From positions 35,094,001 to 35,158,000 of the forward strand of contig CM052817.1 in the NCBI GenBank assembly GCA_028534125.1: a DNA stretch of 64,000 nt, given 5' to 3'. The DNA is from Lama glama. Taxonomy: Eukaryota. The position numbers and the translations under genes were made by a program. Positions 47,519 to 60,149 of this stretch are shown here, one piece after another. The notes beneath the pieces were generated by a model, which was not told the origin of the DNA, ran no database searches, and saw only the letters and a list, made by a program, of their open reading frames with translations. The first letter of the stretch is position 1. The number at the start of each line of letters is the position of its first letter.

Positions 47519-48099
47519 TATATCTACTTGAATATGCAGAAATTTTCTTCTTATAATAGCTGTAAATAATTTTACCCAAAAAATAATTATAATTATAGGA
47601 TAATTATAGGAAGACTCTCATAAGAATTATTTATTTTATAATGATATTGTTCCTCGTATTTATTTTGGGCTATAATGCAGAGAAATTAAATCTACCATCT
47701 TTGGCCAAGTAGTTGGCAGTGGAGCCTAGCTTGCCATTTGACCTTCACTGCCCTCAGTACAACTTACTGGATGCAAGATGTTGTGAAAGAATTGAGAATA
47801 GCAGGTCACCTCAGAACCTTCTAATTGGTAGGTGAACTGAAGGTGAGTTCTTCTAATTGAAGCTGAATAACATGAGTCTCCCCCAGCCCCAGTTCTTTCC
47901 TTCCCCACCACTTCTGCTCCCTGTTGCAAGTGGGAGTTTGGATATAATTCAAGAAGATGTTCAGGAAATTTCTTCATTTGAGGATTCTGGTGGGCTGGAT
48001 CACAGATTGCTATGAAACAGAAATTTGAAAATAAAATCTAAGATTAAGGAAATAAAGTGGAAGAAATGAAGGTGAGTTGATTGTGATAGGAATAACAGA

Positions 48100-48262
48100 G
48101 AACTGGATATTAGGAAAACAGACTCTGGTCAAGGTTCTCCAGTTAACTAACGTGACCTTGGACAAGTAAATCCACCTTTCTGTTTGCTGACTGTACAGAG
48201 TGGGCATTGGATCATTATAGGGGATCTCTCGGATACCTCCCGGCTTAAAGGCCTGCGATTCC
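48100..48262 (+). mobile_element. MIR3/MIRc fragment
   Basis: 'gtgaccttggacaagt...ttggatcattatagggatctctc'. Confidence 0.6.
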
Positions 48263-49239
48263 AGGGTCACTGGTGCATAAGAAGCAGCAGTTCGATAGCA
48301 ATGATTTAGCTCAGTGCTCAGATGTCGTGCTTGGCGAAGCCTCCAAAGTGTTGGGTCAGAGATTCAACATCATCTGTGAAAACATGAAGTACCAGGTGCA
48401 TTGAGGCTTACACTGCAAGGGGGCAAAATGGGGAAACGAGTTGGGGAAATTCAGCTGTAAGAAATACGAGAAAGAAGATCAAAAGATTATATGTGAGTGA
48501 AAGAAAAAAAAGGAGGAGTAAAAGCTCTCAGAAACCTACCTACAGGTGTGGTAGGCAGCCACCATTCTGAGGAGCCTCCTCTGCTCTCGCCCTTTGATCC
48601 ACAGTCACACCCATATTTTTATTACCACTCCAGTATATTTCTGAAGCCAAATATTTACTTTCCCCATAATCTCAAATATCCTAAACATGCAAGAACAAAC
48701 AGTGGTGTGATTGCAGGCTTCCTTTGCTTTCTAGGAGGTTAGCACAGGGGTCTAATTAGGAGGACGTGTCATTTCGAGTCTCTGCTCTTGTGATCAACTC
48801 TTAGCTCTCCATAGACAAGCTCTCTGAACTTCACTCCGCTCCCTAAGAAATGAGATGGTGGGATTTTAGTTGGCATGTGCCTAAGGGAAAAGTGACCTTG
48901 TTTGAAGGAGTTGAGTAGCCTGCTGGAGCCTGTTGGAGGAAGGGCACACGCCTCGCTGCAGTTCTTGGTGTGCTGTGTGAATCTGTGGGATGTTGCTTTC
49001 AGGACCATCTAGAATGAGGACAAGCCAATAAATTCATTTCAGTGTAGTGATTTTTTTTTCTTGCAAGCCTGACTTTTGGTTTTTTTGAGGAGGGGGGCGA
49101 GAATCCTGTTCTTTGACCTTAGTACCCTTGGAGAAGGAACTGGGTTGGCTGTAAGGCATGATTATCCATTTACTAAATACTGGCTAGAACAAGTAATAGT
49201 TATGGCACACTGTGACACGTACTGTATTGGAAGTTTGAA

Positions 49240-49765
49240 CAAAGGACTCTGTGTACTTTAGCGAAGTGGGGAAATAGCGGAAGGGGAGCATAATCCCTAG
49301 AAGTCCTGCTTGGAGGAAGTGAGGGCAGGCTTCCTAAAGGGTGTTGCATTTTAGCTGGGTCTTTAAGATGGTCTTTAAGGACAGGTAGAAAGTGAAAAGA
49401 AGTTCCAGGCAGATAGATAACCATGGACAAAGAAGAAAATGCTTGATGTATTCAGAATCTAGCCCAGTAATTCAGTGTGCTTGAGGCTTAGGGTTTGTAG
49501 TGAGGAGGGACAGGGCAGACGCCTGGAAAGGCAGTAGGTTAAGGCTTGATTATGAAAGATGTCGAATGTGCCATGCTAGGGAGCTGAACTTGATGCTATA
49601 GGTGAGAGAGACTCTGAAAGTTTTTAAACAGGTTCAGATCTGCATTTTAGGAAGATCATCCTGATAGCCACATGGAGCATGGATCAGAAGGCTCCAAACC
49701 ACAGTCAGGAAAATGAATTTGGAAACTATTGCAGCATCCCCATTGAGCAAAGCAAGAACAACGGA
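49240..49765 (-). mobile_element. L2 LINE fragment
   Basis: 'aggcttcctaaagg...tgccatgctagggagctgaact...cagatctgcattttaggaagatcatcctg'. Confidence 0.75.
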
Positions 49766-49859
49766 CTACTGTCAGCCTTTTCAGGAGCTTCTACTAAGAA
49801 GCTTTTATCATGGTCATTACAAGGTTAAGAGATGCTGCTTTTTTGTTAACTTCATTGGA

Positions 49860-50865
49860 TTTTTAAAGTTTTCTTTCTTTAATTTAATTTTTAAATACGC
49901 AATGAATTTCCATATGTCAAAAATACGAAAGTTTAAAAGGTGTATGGTGAACTCTTCTTCACGTCCCATGTCTCACGTCAGTTTCCCCCTCCCCAGGATA
50001 CCACTGTTTTTCCAAAGACTATTTCATGGGTGGTATGTTCTTCCAAGTGGGGCAGACAGTATCAGGTTTTCTCTTTTTTTTTTTTTTGTGGCTTCTTTTA
50101 CTTTCATGGTTTCATTTTTAATATTTTCGTCTTTGCCCTACTCGGAGTTTATCTTGATGTATGGTGTGGGTAAGCCTCCAAATTTATCTTTTTCCAGTTG
50201 GCTAACCAGTCATTCCAGCAACATTTATGGAATGGTCTCTCTTTCCCCACTGCTTTAAGATGCCACTTTTATCATATATTAAATCCCCAAATGTTATTTG
50301 GGTCATTTTCTGGGTTTCTGTTCTGTTCCATTGATCCATCTGTGTCTTCATGCAGTAGTTTCATATTGGGTTGATGACCGAGGGTCTATAAAACACCTTA
50401 CTGTCTGGTAGCGTTCGTGTCCCCTTATCACCCTTCTTTTTCAGAGCTTTGCTCACTCTTCTTTTTTTATTGGAATTGCATTTGACTTCTAGGTTAAGTT
50501 AGGAAGAATGATGTCTTTATGATGTCAGGTTTTCCTTCCCACGAACCTTTCCATTTGACCACTTATCTGTCCCTTAGAAGTGTCTGGAAGTGTTCTTCAT
50601 ATAGTCTTTCACATTGTTCTTAAGTTTATCCCTAGATATTTTGTTGTTTTGGCTGTTATTATAGTTGACAACTTCTCACCCATTATACCCTCTGTTTGTT
50701 GTTTATGAAAGCCATTGAGCCATTCTCCATCAGATTTGTAAATTCTCTTCTGTTTTAGTAGTTTTTCAGTTGACTTTCTTGGGGTTTTCATCATATGGTT
50801 TAAACCGCCTCTGTTCCAAGCTTTCATTCATCTAACCCTTTTCTACTGTGTTGGCTAAACCTTTC
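49860..50865 (-). mobile_element. Old L1M ORF2/3' fragments
   Basis: 'gatgtatggtgtggg...ccactttt atcatatattaaat...tgttctgttccattgatc' is antisense L1 ORF2. Confidence 0.75.
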
Positions 50866-51164
50866 GCTTACTTAATCCTGGTTCAAACCTGTTCTTTCCT
50901 CAGTTGCTTGTACTGTTTTTTTTTACTGCATATTTGCTTTGGCTTGAATCCGACTCTTCCAGCACTCCCTGGCAGCAGATGACACAATGGCCTCCTTTCC
51001 CCTAGAGCTGGGTGCCAGCTATGATCGATTGGTATCAGATCTAGTGAGAGTTGGGTGTCAAAGGATACAAGCCCTACGCCATGCCTCTCCATCTAAACAG
51101 CAGGCTCTTTACACCCTATTCTTGTAAGAAAATTAGCATTTGTGATCTTCTCTCAAGAATGTAA

Positions 51165-51254
51165 TTTTTTTTTTAACAGAGGTACTGGGGATTGAACCCA
51201 GGACCTTGTGCATGCTAAGCATGTGCTCTTCCACTGAGCTATACTCCCCACCCC
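51165..51254 (-). mobile_element. vic-1-type SINE (tRNA head and A-tail only)
   Basis: 'gaggtactggggattgaacccaggaccttgtgcatgctaagcatgtgctcttccactgagctatac'; flanking TGTAATTTTT repeat. Confidence 0.9.
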
Positions 51255-51286
51255 AATGACACTGTAATTTTTTGAATAAAGACATC

Positions 51287-51595
51287 TTTTTTTTTTTAAT
51301 TGAAGTATAGTTGATTGACAATGCTGTGTTAGTTTCTGGTGTCCAGCATAGAGATTCAGTTATACATGTGTATTCTTTTTCATTATAGTTTATTACAAGA
51401 TATTGAATATAACTCCCTGTGCTATACAGTAGGACCTTGTTGTTTATCTATTCTGTATATAGTACTGTGTATCTGCTAATCCCAAACTCCTAATTTATCC
51501 CTTCTCGACCCTTCCCCCTTGGTAACCATGAGTTTGTTTTCTATGCCTGTGAGTCTGTTTCTGTTTTGTAAATAAGTTCATTTGTATCATTTAGC
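51287..51595 (-). mobile_element. Cetartiodactyl/camelid L1 3' end
   Basis: T-tail then 'aattgaagtatagttgatt...'; perfect 10-bp TSD TAAAGACATC at 51277-51286 and 51596-51605. Confidence 0.9.
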
Positions 51596-52469
51596 TAAAG
51601 ACATCGCGACTGAATCTTCCTCTTCTATGTATTGCTCTTTTTAATCTTCTTTTCTTTCGCCTCCATGTCCCTCTGCCTGCCTGGACCCTTTTCTTCATAA
51701 CTTTCTTTTGTTTATTTCTCTCTTCTCTGTTTTCCATCTTTCTCTTTCCTCGGTTCCCCCGTATTCTTTGTATTATATTTGATTTTGAGTCTTGGCATGG
51801 TTAAATTCTTCTTATAGAGAAGAAATCTTATAGCTGGACTTACCATGCTTTATTAGGTAGGAATATTTAGGACTTTCTTTGAGCTCTTCATTGTGAAACT
51901 GAGGCAGGAATGACAGGTCATTGCAGCAGGTGCCTGGTGTTGGAGTCTCTCTGATGGCTCTTGAAACTTCAGGGAGTAAGTAATTCAAAGTCAGAACATT
52001 AGTCATTGTAAAACAATTCTTTGAGATATACTTGTGTGATACAGAGAAATCTCCATTTTTAGACAGATTTTATTCTTGGAAACCACATCTTAAAGCTCTT
52101 GTTGTGGGGCAAAATCCTGACTATGGAAAGCAAGTGCTCTGACTGCTCATGAACTTTCTCCTTATCCATTTAGACATTGTTCACCATCATCAGAAAATAG
52201 AGTACATGTGTGAGTGGGGCCCTGAAAGAAAATACTAGGCTTTATCAGATAACATTAAATGAACAAAATAGCAAAATATGAAGCTATAAGAAATGGGGCC
52301 TTCTTACCCACATACAATCTTATATGAGAACACTGGGCTTTCTACCAAGGTTGGTATCTTATAAGGGCAGAAGCCATGTCTTAATTATCTTTGAATTTAA
52401 GACTATGACTGACCCAGAAGAGGCATATTGTAAATATTTGGTGATTTGGTGAACTAAACTAGACAGGAT

Positions 52470-52811
52470 AGCTGTGGTTTCAATGTTTATGTCCCCCCCC
52501 CAAATTCACTTGTTGAAATCTTCATGCCCAGTGTGATGGTATTAGGAGGTGGGGCCTCAGGGAGTTGATCAGTCACGAGGGCAGAACCTTCACGAATGGG
52601 ATTAGAGCCTTTAGAGCAGGGAGTCCAGAGAGCTCCCTGGCCCCTTGGCCATGTGAAGATACCCAGAAGGGGGCCCTCACCCAAGCGTGCTCGCACCCGG
52701 ATCTCAAACTTCCAGCCTCCAGAACTATGAGAATCAAAGTTCTGTTGTTTGTAGCCTCCCTCCAGCCCAGTCTGTGGGATTTTGTTACAGCAGCCTATGT
52801 GGACTAAGACA
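52470..52811 (+). mobile_element. MLT1A0-type MaLR solo LTR
   Basis: 'aatgtttatgtccccc...caaattcacttgttgaaatc...acttccagcctccagaactatgaga...ttgttacagcagcc...gactaagaca'. Confidence 0.9.
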
Positions 52812-53181
52812 AAGACCCACCCATTGGATAGGCACTCTTTTTTTTGATCTAGGAATTTTGGCATGAGATTGGTGGTTGACCTAGATCACCTTCCAATGCT
52901 GGCATCCAGTGTAGGATGACTTCTGAGAATGAGAGAAGGAGAAAAGTAGATAAGAGAACTATGAAGTCAGTTTTCCCCTATTTTTTTGTTAGCTCAATTA
53001 ACCTCCCTTCCTTGGTGGCCTCGGAGGGCTACCATGTAACAAATCTCATTATGATGAGTCTGAGTCAGCAAAAAAAAGGTTAAACTGTGTTTTCTATACT
53101 ATGTTGCTAATAGAAAATTATGAAAATCATATAAGAAAGGATTCTATTAAAAGTTGTAAAAATACTGTGAAAAATATACTG

Positions 53182-53333
53182 TTTTGTTTTGGGGGAGGTA
53201 ATTAGATTTATGTATTTATTTATTTATTCATTCATGCATGCATTCATTCATTTATTTAATGGAGGTACTGGGGATTGAACCTAGGACCCTGTGCATGCTA
53301 GGCATGCACTCTACCACTGAGCTATATCCTCCT
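53182..53333 (-). mobile_element. vic-1-type SINE with expanded (TTTA/TTCA)n linker
   Basis: Reverse-complement head and 'gggggaggtaattag' tail. Confidence 0.9.
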
Positions 53334-53476
53334 ACAGAGAGGATACTTCTTTTTTTTTTTTTAAGTTGAAATATAGTCAGTTATAATGTGTCAAATTCTG
53401 ATGTACAGCACAATGTCCCACTCATGCATATATGTGCATATATTCATTTTCATATTCTTTTTCATTAAAGGTTATT

Positions 53477-53630
53477 AGAGAGGAGGGAGATAGCTCAGTG
53501 GTAGAGTGCATGCCTAGCATGCACAGGGTCCTGGGTTCAATCTCCAGTACCTCCATTAAATAAATAAATAAACCTAATTACCTCCCCTCCCCCCTCAAAA
53601 ATGCAAACCAAAAAGAATTTTTTTTAAAAA
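53477..53630 (+). mobile_element. vic-1-type SINE nested in L1
   Basis: Full head and tail; TSD AA(A/T)GGTTATT. Confidence 0.92.
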
Positions 53631-53840
53631 AATGGTTATTGTAAGACATTGAATATAGTTCCCTGTGCTGTACAGAAGAAATTTGTTTTTTATCTACTTT
53701 TATATATAGATAAAATTTTAATATTTGCAAATCTCAAACTCTCAGATTTATCCCTTCCCACCCCCTTTCCCCTGGTAACCATAAGATTGTTTACTATGTC
53801 TGAGTCTATTTCTGTTTTGTAGATGAGTTCACTAGTGACC

Positions 53841-53853
53841 TCTTTCTTCTTTT

Positions 53854-53913
<60 letters not shown>

Positions 53914-53920
53914 TTTTTTT
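53841..53920 (+). repeat. (TTTC)n microsatellite
   Basis: Seen directly, within the L1 3' UTR. Confidence 0.95.
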
Positions 53921-54594
53921 AGATTCCATATATGAGTGATATCATATAGTATTTTTCTTTTTCTTTCTGGCTTACTTCACTTAGAATGGTGATCTCCATG
54001 TCCATCCATGTTGCTGCAAATGGCACTGTTTTATTTTTATCAGTGAATAGTATTCCACTGTATAAATATACCACAACTTCTTTATCCAGTCATCTGTCGA
54101 TGGACATTTAAGTTGCTTCCATGTCTTGGCTATTGTATATAGTGCTGCTATGAACATGGAGGTGCACGTATCTTTTCAAATAAGAATTCCCCGAGGGTAT
54201 ACTTCTGTTAACTCAAAAAAATCTGCTACTTCTTTATGGTTATATAAAGCAAGTTGTTGACATAATACTTCTACTGACTATTGTATAAACAACTCATTCT
54301 TTTTCTACCCTAACATTTCCAATGAACGTGAGCATTAGGGAATAATCCCGTAGTTAGACATAGTCCACCAGTGCTAGAAAACTTCAGGTCCAAGGCACAA
54401 GAGTGGGTAGAATAACCTCAGCTTCACAAACAGACACAGTTAGACAGAGTGGTCAAGTGAAGGGGTCAGAGACCAGAGCGATGGATTGTAAGGAAGGAAA
54501 CTTTCTGGCCTTTCTAAATCTGCTGACGTCTGGATCTCCTTTGCCAAAAATTGCTTTGTGATTCCTTATTAAAAAACAGAAGCAGATTTTACAG

Positions 54595-54766
54595 CAGAGG
54601 TCGGCAGACTTCCGTCCAGGACCAGATGGAAAATCTGTTAAGCTCTGCTGCAGCTCCTCAGCTCCATCCTCTTCGTGCATAAATAGCCAAAGGCAGTGCT
54701 CAAACAAATGGGTGTGGCTGTGTCCCAATAAAACTTTACTTACAGAAGCAGTGTAGGCTGGACCTT
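54595..54766 (-). mobile_element. MER58A hAT-Charlie element
   Basis: 'cagaggtcggcagactt...aaatgggtgtggctgtgtcccaataaaactttacttaca'. Confidence 0.85.
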
Positions 54767-55679
54767 GTTGTAGAGAATTACCTGTTTGAAATGAATGTTA
54801 CTGCCCATGATCAGCAGCAGGTGTGTCCTCTATCATACAGACTGTGTAACCGCAGGATGCAGCCCACCAATAGTCTACCACATCACCTTCTCTCTTTCTC
54901 CTTTTCTCTCTTCCTCTCCTACTCTGTCTCTTAGTGGCTACTTAACCTCCACCTGTGGTTCAGTCCTGACCCATATTTATGGAGCATCAAGTCAGCCTTG
55001 CTGTTTGTTCTGCTTCACTGTGTATCCAGTTCCAGGTCTTGGATCCCTGCCTTGGAGGCCTCCTGGTACCCCAGTTCTGTTAAGACTGAAGTTCTGTCTT
55101 GTCCTCCTAACCTCAGTCATTGCAGTGACTATGTCCTCATACAACGCTCGGCATTTTATTGAAACAAAACCAAAAATCATTGACTTCTATTTATTGAGTG
55201 CCTACCCTGTGCTAGGCACTGGTACATGTTCATGAGTAAACGCTATGATACCACCTTTTACAGCCAAAGGATTTGGTCTTCAGCAGAAACAGGACTTCAA
55301 CATGTTAAACAATTAGATATAAAATAATTTAACGGTGTAACAAATGATTTAACAACTGTGGCTTACTACTAATTATATTGAGTATAATGAATTGCCAAAA
55401 TGTGCGATTCAGATGTAAATTGCTTTTGGTGGAAGATTATATCTACCAGACACTTATGCTGGGCCTTAAAGGCTGTGTAGAGTTTGGTGAAATGAAGAAA
55501 GGAGGACATTCAGGGAGGGTGTTGTTATGAGCAAGCAGCTAGAGGGTGTGGGAGAGAAGTGGAGAGAAGGTTAGACGAGGAAGGTCCTGGATGGGGAGGG
55601 ACTGGAAAGCCATGCTGAGGCTGAGGAGTTTATCAAGAGGACAGTGGAGAACATCTGATGGTGTTTAATGTAGTTTAGT

Positions 55680-55915
55680 GTAAAGTAGTTGTTATGGAAG
55701 AATGATGGACTCAACACCAGAAGTTCAAGGTGCCTGTTTCAGCTCTGCCACTTATTAACTCTGAGACCTTAGAGTCATCACTTACCGTCCTGAAGCCTAA
55801 GTTTCCTAGTCTGTTAAATGGCAAGTACATATTACAGCAATGTTATGAGGGTAAAATGAAAAAAAATAGATGTGAGAAGTATTTTGAACATCATAATGTT
55901 CTCAACAAATGCCAG
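55680..55915 (+). mobile_element. MIR SINE
   Basis: 'cagctctgccacttattaactctgagacctt...cctaagtttcctagtctgttaaatgg'. Confidence 0.8.
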
Positions 55916-56769
55916 AAGTTGCAATCATACTCTAAGAGTGCTGATGTAAGAAGAGTGTACTTACAGGTCTGAGCAACAGAAATTTGTAATGAAATGAGAC
56001 ATAGTTGACAAGCTTGTTTGAGTAGCATGTGAATCACGGAAGAGGACCTGTACTGTGCCGTGTATGGATTACCAATGGAGAAATAACTCAAACGCAGTTA
56101 AAAAAAAAATCCACAGTAAAACTTCATCGAATGTATACCCTGATGCTTCATTGCTGATACACATTGCCACCTCGTAATCATCATTATAAGCTCCAATTCT
56201 AAAAGTTCTCTGTGCTATCTTCTAAAGAAAGGGAAGATTGCCCTTTCATAAACTCAACTAGAAGACATACACTAGTTCAGGAGCTCATTTTCATTGCTTC
56301 CATTGATGTCTCTGCTCTGCAGTTTTTCTCTAGGTGTGTTAGTCCATCTCTCCAGTACTCACCTTCTTTATTGATGGAAAAACAACTAACAGGAGCAAAA
56401 CTTGGAGCAAACGTTACTGCCTAGCAATAAAAATATCTTTAGGAAAAAAAAAGAAAAACATGCCCTCATGTTTGCCCCTGCACTGTAGGGCTTACTGCTT
56501 ATTATTTCTTTGTGTCGTTTATCTTCCCTTTAAAGCTTGAAAATAGTCCACTTCCCTGCCCATCTGTTCACCACATTAATTGCTCTGGGCTGGAAGGAGT
56601 TTCTTCAATATAGGTCTTCCTGCTTTTGGTTTTAAATCCATTATATAACCCCAGCTGCTTTATTATTTAACTTCCTAATCCTCTTCTTACTGGTCTTGGG
56701 AAATGTCCTTGGTGCCGCGGGGCAGGTTAGGTATGGAGACTGAAATGAGCCTTTTAGCTCCTTTGTAAT

Positions 56770-56848
56770 ACATATGCATGATGAGGACATTGTGCTGTAC
56801 CCCAGAAACTAACATGCTGTAACTGACTATACTTCAATTTTGAAAAAT
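56770..56848 (+). mobile_element. Short camelid L1 3' terminus
   Basis: 'ttgtgctgtaccccagaaactaacatgctgtaactgactatacttcaatt'. Confidence 0.7.
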
Positions 56849-57134
56849 GCATTGCTTTTCCTATATATAATCTACTTGGAGTGGTGAACAGCAGGTATAT
56901 ATCAATTGTTTGATTAAAAAATATATTCTGAGCACTGCTGTCTCTCTGCTGGCCTGGTTGGAGACCCAGAGGCATAAAGCATTGCTCGTATGATTGGAGA
57001 GTATAGAGTCCACTTGAAAAGCAGTGGTGTGTTGAAAAGGATTAGATTCCAAGTCAGAAGATCTGCAGCTGTCTTGCTTATGGCCTTGTTTCAGCCTCTC
57101 TTTCTAGAAAATGAATGGATTGAATTGGATCAAT

Positions 57135-57319
57135 GTTTTTTTTTTAATTGAAGTATAGTTGATTTACAATGTTGTATTAGTTTCTGGTGTACAACATAGT
57201 GATTCAGTTATACATATATAATATACACACATATGTATTCCTTTTCATATTCTTTTTCATTGTAGATTATTACAAGATACTGAATATAGTTCCCTGTGCT
57301 GTACAGTAGGACCTTGTTG
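57135..57319 (-). mobile_element. Cetartiodactyl/camelid L1 3' end
   Basis: T-tail then 'aattgaagtatagttgatttacaatg...'; TSD TGGATCA(A/G)TG. Confidence 0.9.
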
Positions 57320-57324
57320 TGGAT

Positions 57325-57487
57325 CAGTGGTTTCAAACAGTCTCTCTCAAAGAGACTTGATGCTTAGCACCCTTTGCCTTAGAGGGCTGTGCAGATAGGG
57401 CTTCTTCCAAATGCTCCGCTTTTATATTTGATTTTCATATAATTTCAAATAAAGTCTTCCACAGCTAAAATATTTGAAAGCAAGTGA
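57325..57487. mobile_element. MER102-like hAT-Charlie fragment
   Basis: TIR-like ends 'cagtggtttcaaac' and 'tttgaaagcaagtg'. Confidence 0.55.
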
Positions 57488-58030
57488 CCAAATGAGTCCT
57501 AACATCTCTTCCAATTATGATTTTCTGTGAGCCTAGGACCTTGCAACAAAATATAAGAAATATAGAAGCATGTGCTAAATATGTGACAGAATTCTCTGTC
57601 AGTCATTCAGCTTTCACTAAATTCCTTGCAGATTGGAGAATAGCTTCTGGACATCATACTGTCTTCAGTTAGGTATTCTATGGATTCCAATCAAGTCGTA
57701 TGTGAAATTTTGCATGGCTGGTAGTCCTAGAAAATACAGAAAAGTAGAAAAAATTGCTAATAAGTCCTACATTTAATAAAGACAGTCATTCTGACATTTC
57801 TGATTTATTTTCCTTCCAGGTTATTTTACTGTATACCATGATATTTTAACATAGTTTTGAGTATATAAACATACACGGTTTATATCCTGGCTCTCTAGTT
57901 AATCTTAGAGCAAGAATGCTTTCCTAAGGGCTACAAGGCAAAAGCCAGTGTATAACCAACACTTGCACAGTGCCTGGCCAACAGGAGATGCTCAACAAAT
58001 AGTAACTAATCAGATTATTTACATCAATCC

Positions 58031-58209
58031 TGGGGTGGGGGTATAGCTCAGTGGCAAAGTGTGTGCTTAGCATGCACGAGGTCCTGGGTTCAACCCCCAG
58101 GACCTCCATTAAAATACGTAAGTAAAATAAATAAATTTAATTACCTCCTCCCAAAACAAAATAAATAAATAAATAAATAAAATATTTTTAAAATAATAAT
58201 TAAATAAAT
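58031..58209 (+). mobile_element. vic-1-type SINE with long (TAAA)n tail
   Basis: 'gggggtatagctcagtggc...cacgaggtcctgggttcaacc...aattacctcctccc'. Confidence 0.92.
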
Positions 58210-58289
58210 TAATCCCAAGCAAATGTACAAGTTATATTTCTGCGTATTGTGTGATACTAAAAGCTCCGGTTGCTTGTTTTGCAAAGCTG

Positions 58290-58762
58290 AATATATGCAC
58301 ACCATAAGGTCCAGCAGCTCCACTCCCAGGTGAATACCTGACAGAAACACATACGTATATTCACTGAAAGGTAAGTTTTAGAATGTTATAGGAGGAGTCC
58401 TAATAATAGCCCTAAGCTAAAAACTACCCAGCTGCCTATCAACATACATTGAGATAAATACGTGGATTCACACAAGGAATACAAAACAGCAGTGCTAATG
58501 AACAGTCCACAACTGGACACAAAGCCAGACACAAAAGAGTACATGCTGCGTGATTCCATTTAAAAGTGCAGGAAGACCAGTCTGTGCTATTAGAAGCCAG
58601 TTCAAGGAGCATGGGGAGGACTTCTGGATGCTGGCACTGCTGAATTTCTTGACCTGGGTGCTGCATGATTGTGTCAGCTTGCAAAACCTCATCAAGCTGT
58701 ACACTTAAGATATATGTACTTTCTATGTGTATATTATACTTCAGTTTAAAATATTGAAAGAA
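58290..58762 (+). mobile_element. Old L1M 3' region
   Basis: 'cagcagctccactcccagg...aaagccagacacaaaagagtacatgctg...ctgtacacttaagatat'. Confidence 0.8.
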
Positions 58763-58889
58763 CCCCTGCAGTTTTCTAAATTATAGGTGATCCAATACAA
58801 TAGTAAAGCACTGTTAAGTACTTTTAAGGATTTGATCCTTTTCCACTTAAAAAAGTAGAATTGAATCTCTTCTGCATCTGTTTATTAAG

Positions 58890-59085
58890 ACACCCCTTGG
58901 ATATGCTCTGATATCACTCTGTAGTTCCCCGTTGTAGCACTTATCACACTTTATTATAATTGTCTATTTTTCTTTTCTCCCCAGCAGACCTTAAGCTTCC
59001 TGGGTCAGGAACATGGTCTAGCTTGCTCACTGTCGTATCCTCAGCACCTGGTCGGTACTCAAGTGCTTGTTAAGTGAATGGAATG
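58890..59085 (+). mobile_element. L2 3' end
   Basis: 'tagcacttatcacact...tcactgtcgtatcctcagcacctgg...tgcttgttaagtgaatg'. Confidence 0.75.
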
Positions 59086-60149
59086 TGTAGTCCATACAAG
59101 GAAGATGTAGGAATAGGGGCACTGTCCCAGGCTCCTTGTGGTTATTCTGGTGTTTTATTTATGATGTTCTGTCAAGTTGATACCCTCATCCTGAGTTTGC
59201 ACACATTTTATACAGGGGAAAACTGCAGATGAAGGAATGTACTCTAAATCACTTAAAAATAGTGCTGCAAGAACTACAGTTGGAATCATATCAGATCAAC
59301 ACTTTATTCTGTCCTTTGAGAGTCTTTTATATTTTGAATCAGATCATCCACCAATTATACATAACTGGATTACATAATATGCCTTTTAATTGGTATGGTC
59401 CCTTTATCAGTTAATTTAAAATCTATATAAAAAATGTAGAGAAAAAGCAGGATAAAAAAATATACTCCATATACACAGGCGAAAAACAATTAGTGAATAA
59501 TAATATTGTATGCTGGGATTAGAAGACCATCAGTGGCATCTCGTAAGAGGCCCTATCAAGCCTCTGCAAATGCTTCATAAAGGACAACAGTAACGTATAT
59601 ATCTGCATTGTATGTTAAGATGATAAAGTGCCAAATTACTCAATACAAATAAAAATATATAATAGAGTGCTAATTTTGTGCTATACAGATTTGATGCAGT
59701 AGGGGCTAGAAGAAGGAATAAAAATGGCTGATAAGTAAAACAATAAAAATTTCAAGCTCATTAATAAATAAATAATTGCAAATTAAATGAAGAGTGAACG
59801 TTTTCATCTACATGTAAGCAGCTTGGTTCACGTGGATGAATTATGATATGGTATAGATACACCCAGACCCTCTTAACAATTGGCATCTTTCTGGAGTAAA
59901 ATTTACCATTGTATAAAAAATATTAAAATCTGCCTATTCTTTGACCTAGCTATTTAGTTTTTCAGACTTTACATTCAAGCAGCTATACAGTTGATCCTCC
60001 AATGATTAATTCACTAAAGAGCATGTATTGAATACACACTGTGCATCATAAAAGAATACTTACGGTGAATAATTGTATTTATGGCAGTTATGATAAATTT
60101 ATAAGCGTGGAGAAAAATGAAAACAACACATCTCAACAGTAGAGGCATA

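Larger units (their letters stand above)
53351..54192 (-). mobile_element. Camelid L1 3' region, containing a SINE and a (TTTC)n tract
   Basis: T-tail, L1 3' UTR, ORF2 end 'tccatccatgttgctgcaaatggc...gtgctgctatgaacat'; TSD GAG(A/G)G(G/T)ATACTTCT at 53337-53350 and 54193-54206. Confidence 0.9.

Noticed and set aside
49713..50258. 181-aa Phe-rich ORF
   Set aside because: Antisense reading of T-rich L1 remnants; no recognisable domain
51844..51898. Minus-strand exon-like segment (FHNEELKESPKYSYLIKHG, donor ATG|GTAAGT)
   Set aside because: Isolated, unrecognised peptide with no partner exons; insufficient support
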